Part shown: positions 63,751 to 64,000 of the stretch, in pieces
Numbering within the stretch: the stretch's first letter is position 1
Layout of the letters: every line of letters begins with the position of its first letter
From: an uncultured Thermoanaerobaculia bacterium
Lineage (GTDB): Bacteria; Acidobacteriota; Thermoanaerobaculia; Multivoradales; CAZRFU01
Assembly: GCA_964599475.1 (NCBI GenBank)
Contig: CAZRFU010000001.1
Location: forward strand, 33,828-97,827
DNA length: 64,000 bases
Direction: 5' to 3'
The notes under the pieces: model-generated
Databases searched by the model: none
What the model was told of the DNA's origin: nothing
The model's input: only the letters and a program-made list of their open reading frames with translations
Made by a program: the position numbers and the translations under genes

Positions 63751-64000
63751 CGTGCTCCTTCTTCCTCGAAGTCGAGGGAATCCACGTTTTCGAGAGAATC
63801 GAAGTCTCGTTCAACGAATTTCACGAGGTCGCCCCAGGTAGAGCGCACGAAGGCGTCGGCGAGCTCGGATTCCGGTTCGGTTGCCGTGGTGACGATCAGA
63901 TCCGCATCGAGCAGCTCGATCTCGGCAGAGAAGCCCTCGGCCTCGACCAAGAGGAACGGTCTGCCCGCGACCGTGGATCCCCCAGCCTCGAGCAGTTTCG
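63747..64000 (-). CDS. Hypothetical acidic protein, 3' part; the 5' end probably lies beyond the window
   Basis: The open frame continues to the window edge. The only in-window start candidate is a TTG at 63950. Confidence 0.3.
   Translation of the reverse strand, partial: KLLEAGGSTVAGRPFLLVEAEGFSAEIELLDADLIVTTATEPESELADAFVRSTWGDLVKFVERDFDSLENVDSLDFEEEGAR

Overview
This window looks like a bacterial chromosomal segment with very high GC content (about 70% by eye; not computed). Most of it is housekeeping: ligA; a CbpA/DnaJ-like gene next to clpB; thyA-folA; a tRNA-Lys/tRNA-Leu pair followed by tig, clpP, clpX, lon, engB and rho; and a tRNA-Val/tRNA-Asp pair followed by rpmG. Several accessory clusters sit among these. 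The first is a five-gene isoprenoid operon on the minus strand (IDI-2, HMG-CoA reductase, mevalonate kinase, an MVD-family decarboxylase, isopentenyl phosphate kinase). It has no phosphomevalonate kinase, which matches the alternative mevalonate route, and a squalene/phytoene-synthase-like gene lies nearby. The second is a PHA-granule cluster (phaR, phasin, patatin-like lipase) with operator-like repeats. The third is a divergent module of two tandem ArsA/GET3-type ATPases and a stand-alone HAMP protein facing an MFS transporter and an alpha/beta hydrolase. Other notable genes are a large Ser/Thr kinase with a zinc ribbon and TPRs, a PIN-PhoH2 ATPase, three GT-C/O-antigen-ligase-like membrane proteins, and a small membrane protein built from two ribosomal L7/L12 C-terminal-like repeats. 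The most conspicuous unexplained structure is a family of intergenic composite repeats at about 12 loci. Each is a tandem array of 6-8 nt units (GGTACCC, GGGACCC, GGTCCCT, GATCCCC, GATACCC) joined to a conserved hairpin core of about 60 nt containing CCTCCGTGGTGCACCCCGGAGG. In two places these repeats run into gene 3' ends and remove or replace stop codons. Phylum-level origin cannot be fixed from sequence alone. The content (Ser/Thr-kinase-TPR proteins, MVA pathway, PhaR/phasin) fits Acidobacteriota or Myxococcota-like genomes, but that is inference. Many long ORFs in the supplied track are GC-rich antisense or repeat-spanning artefacts and were not called.
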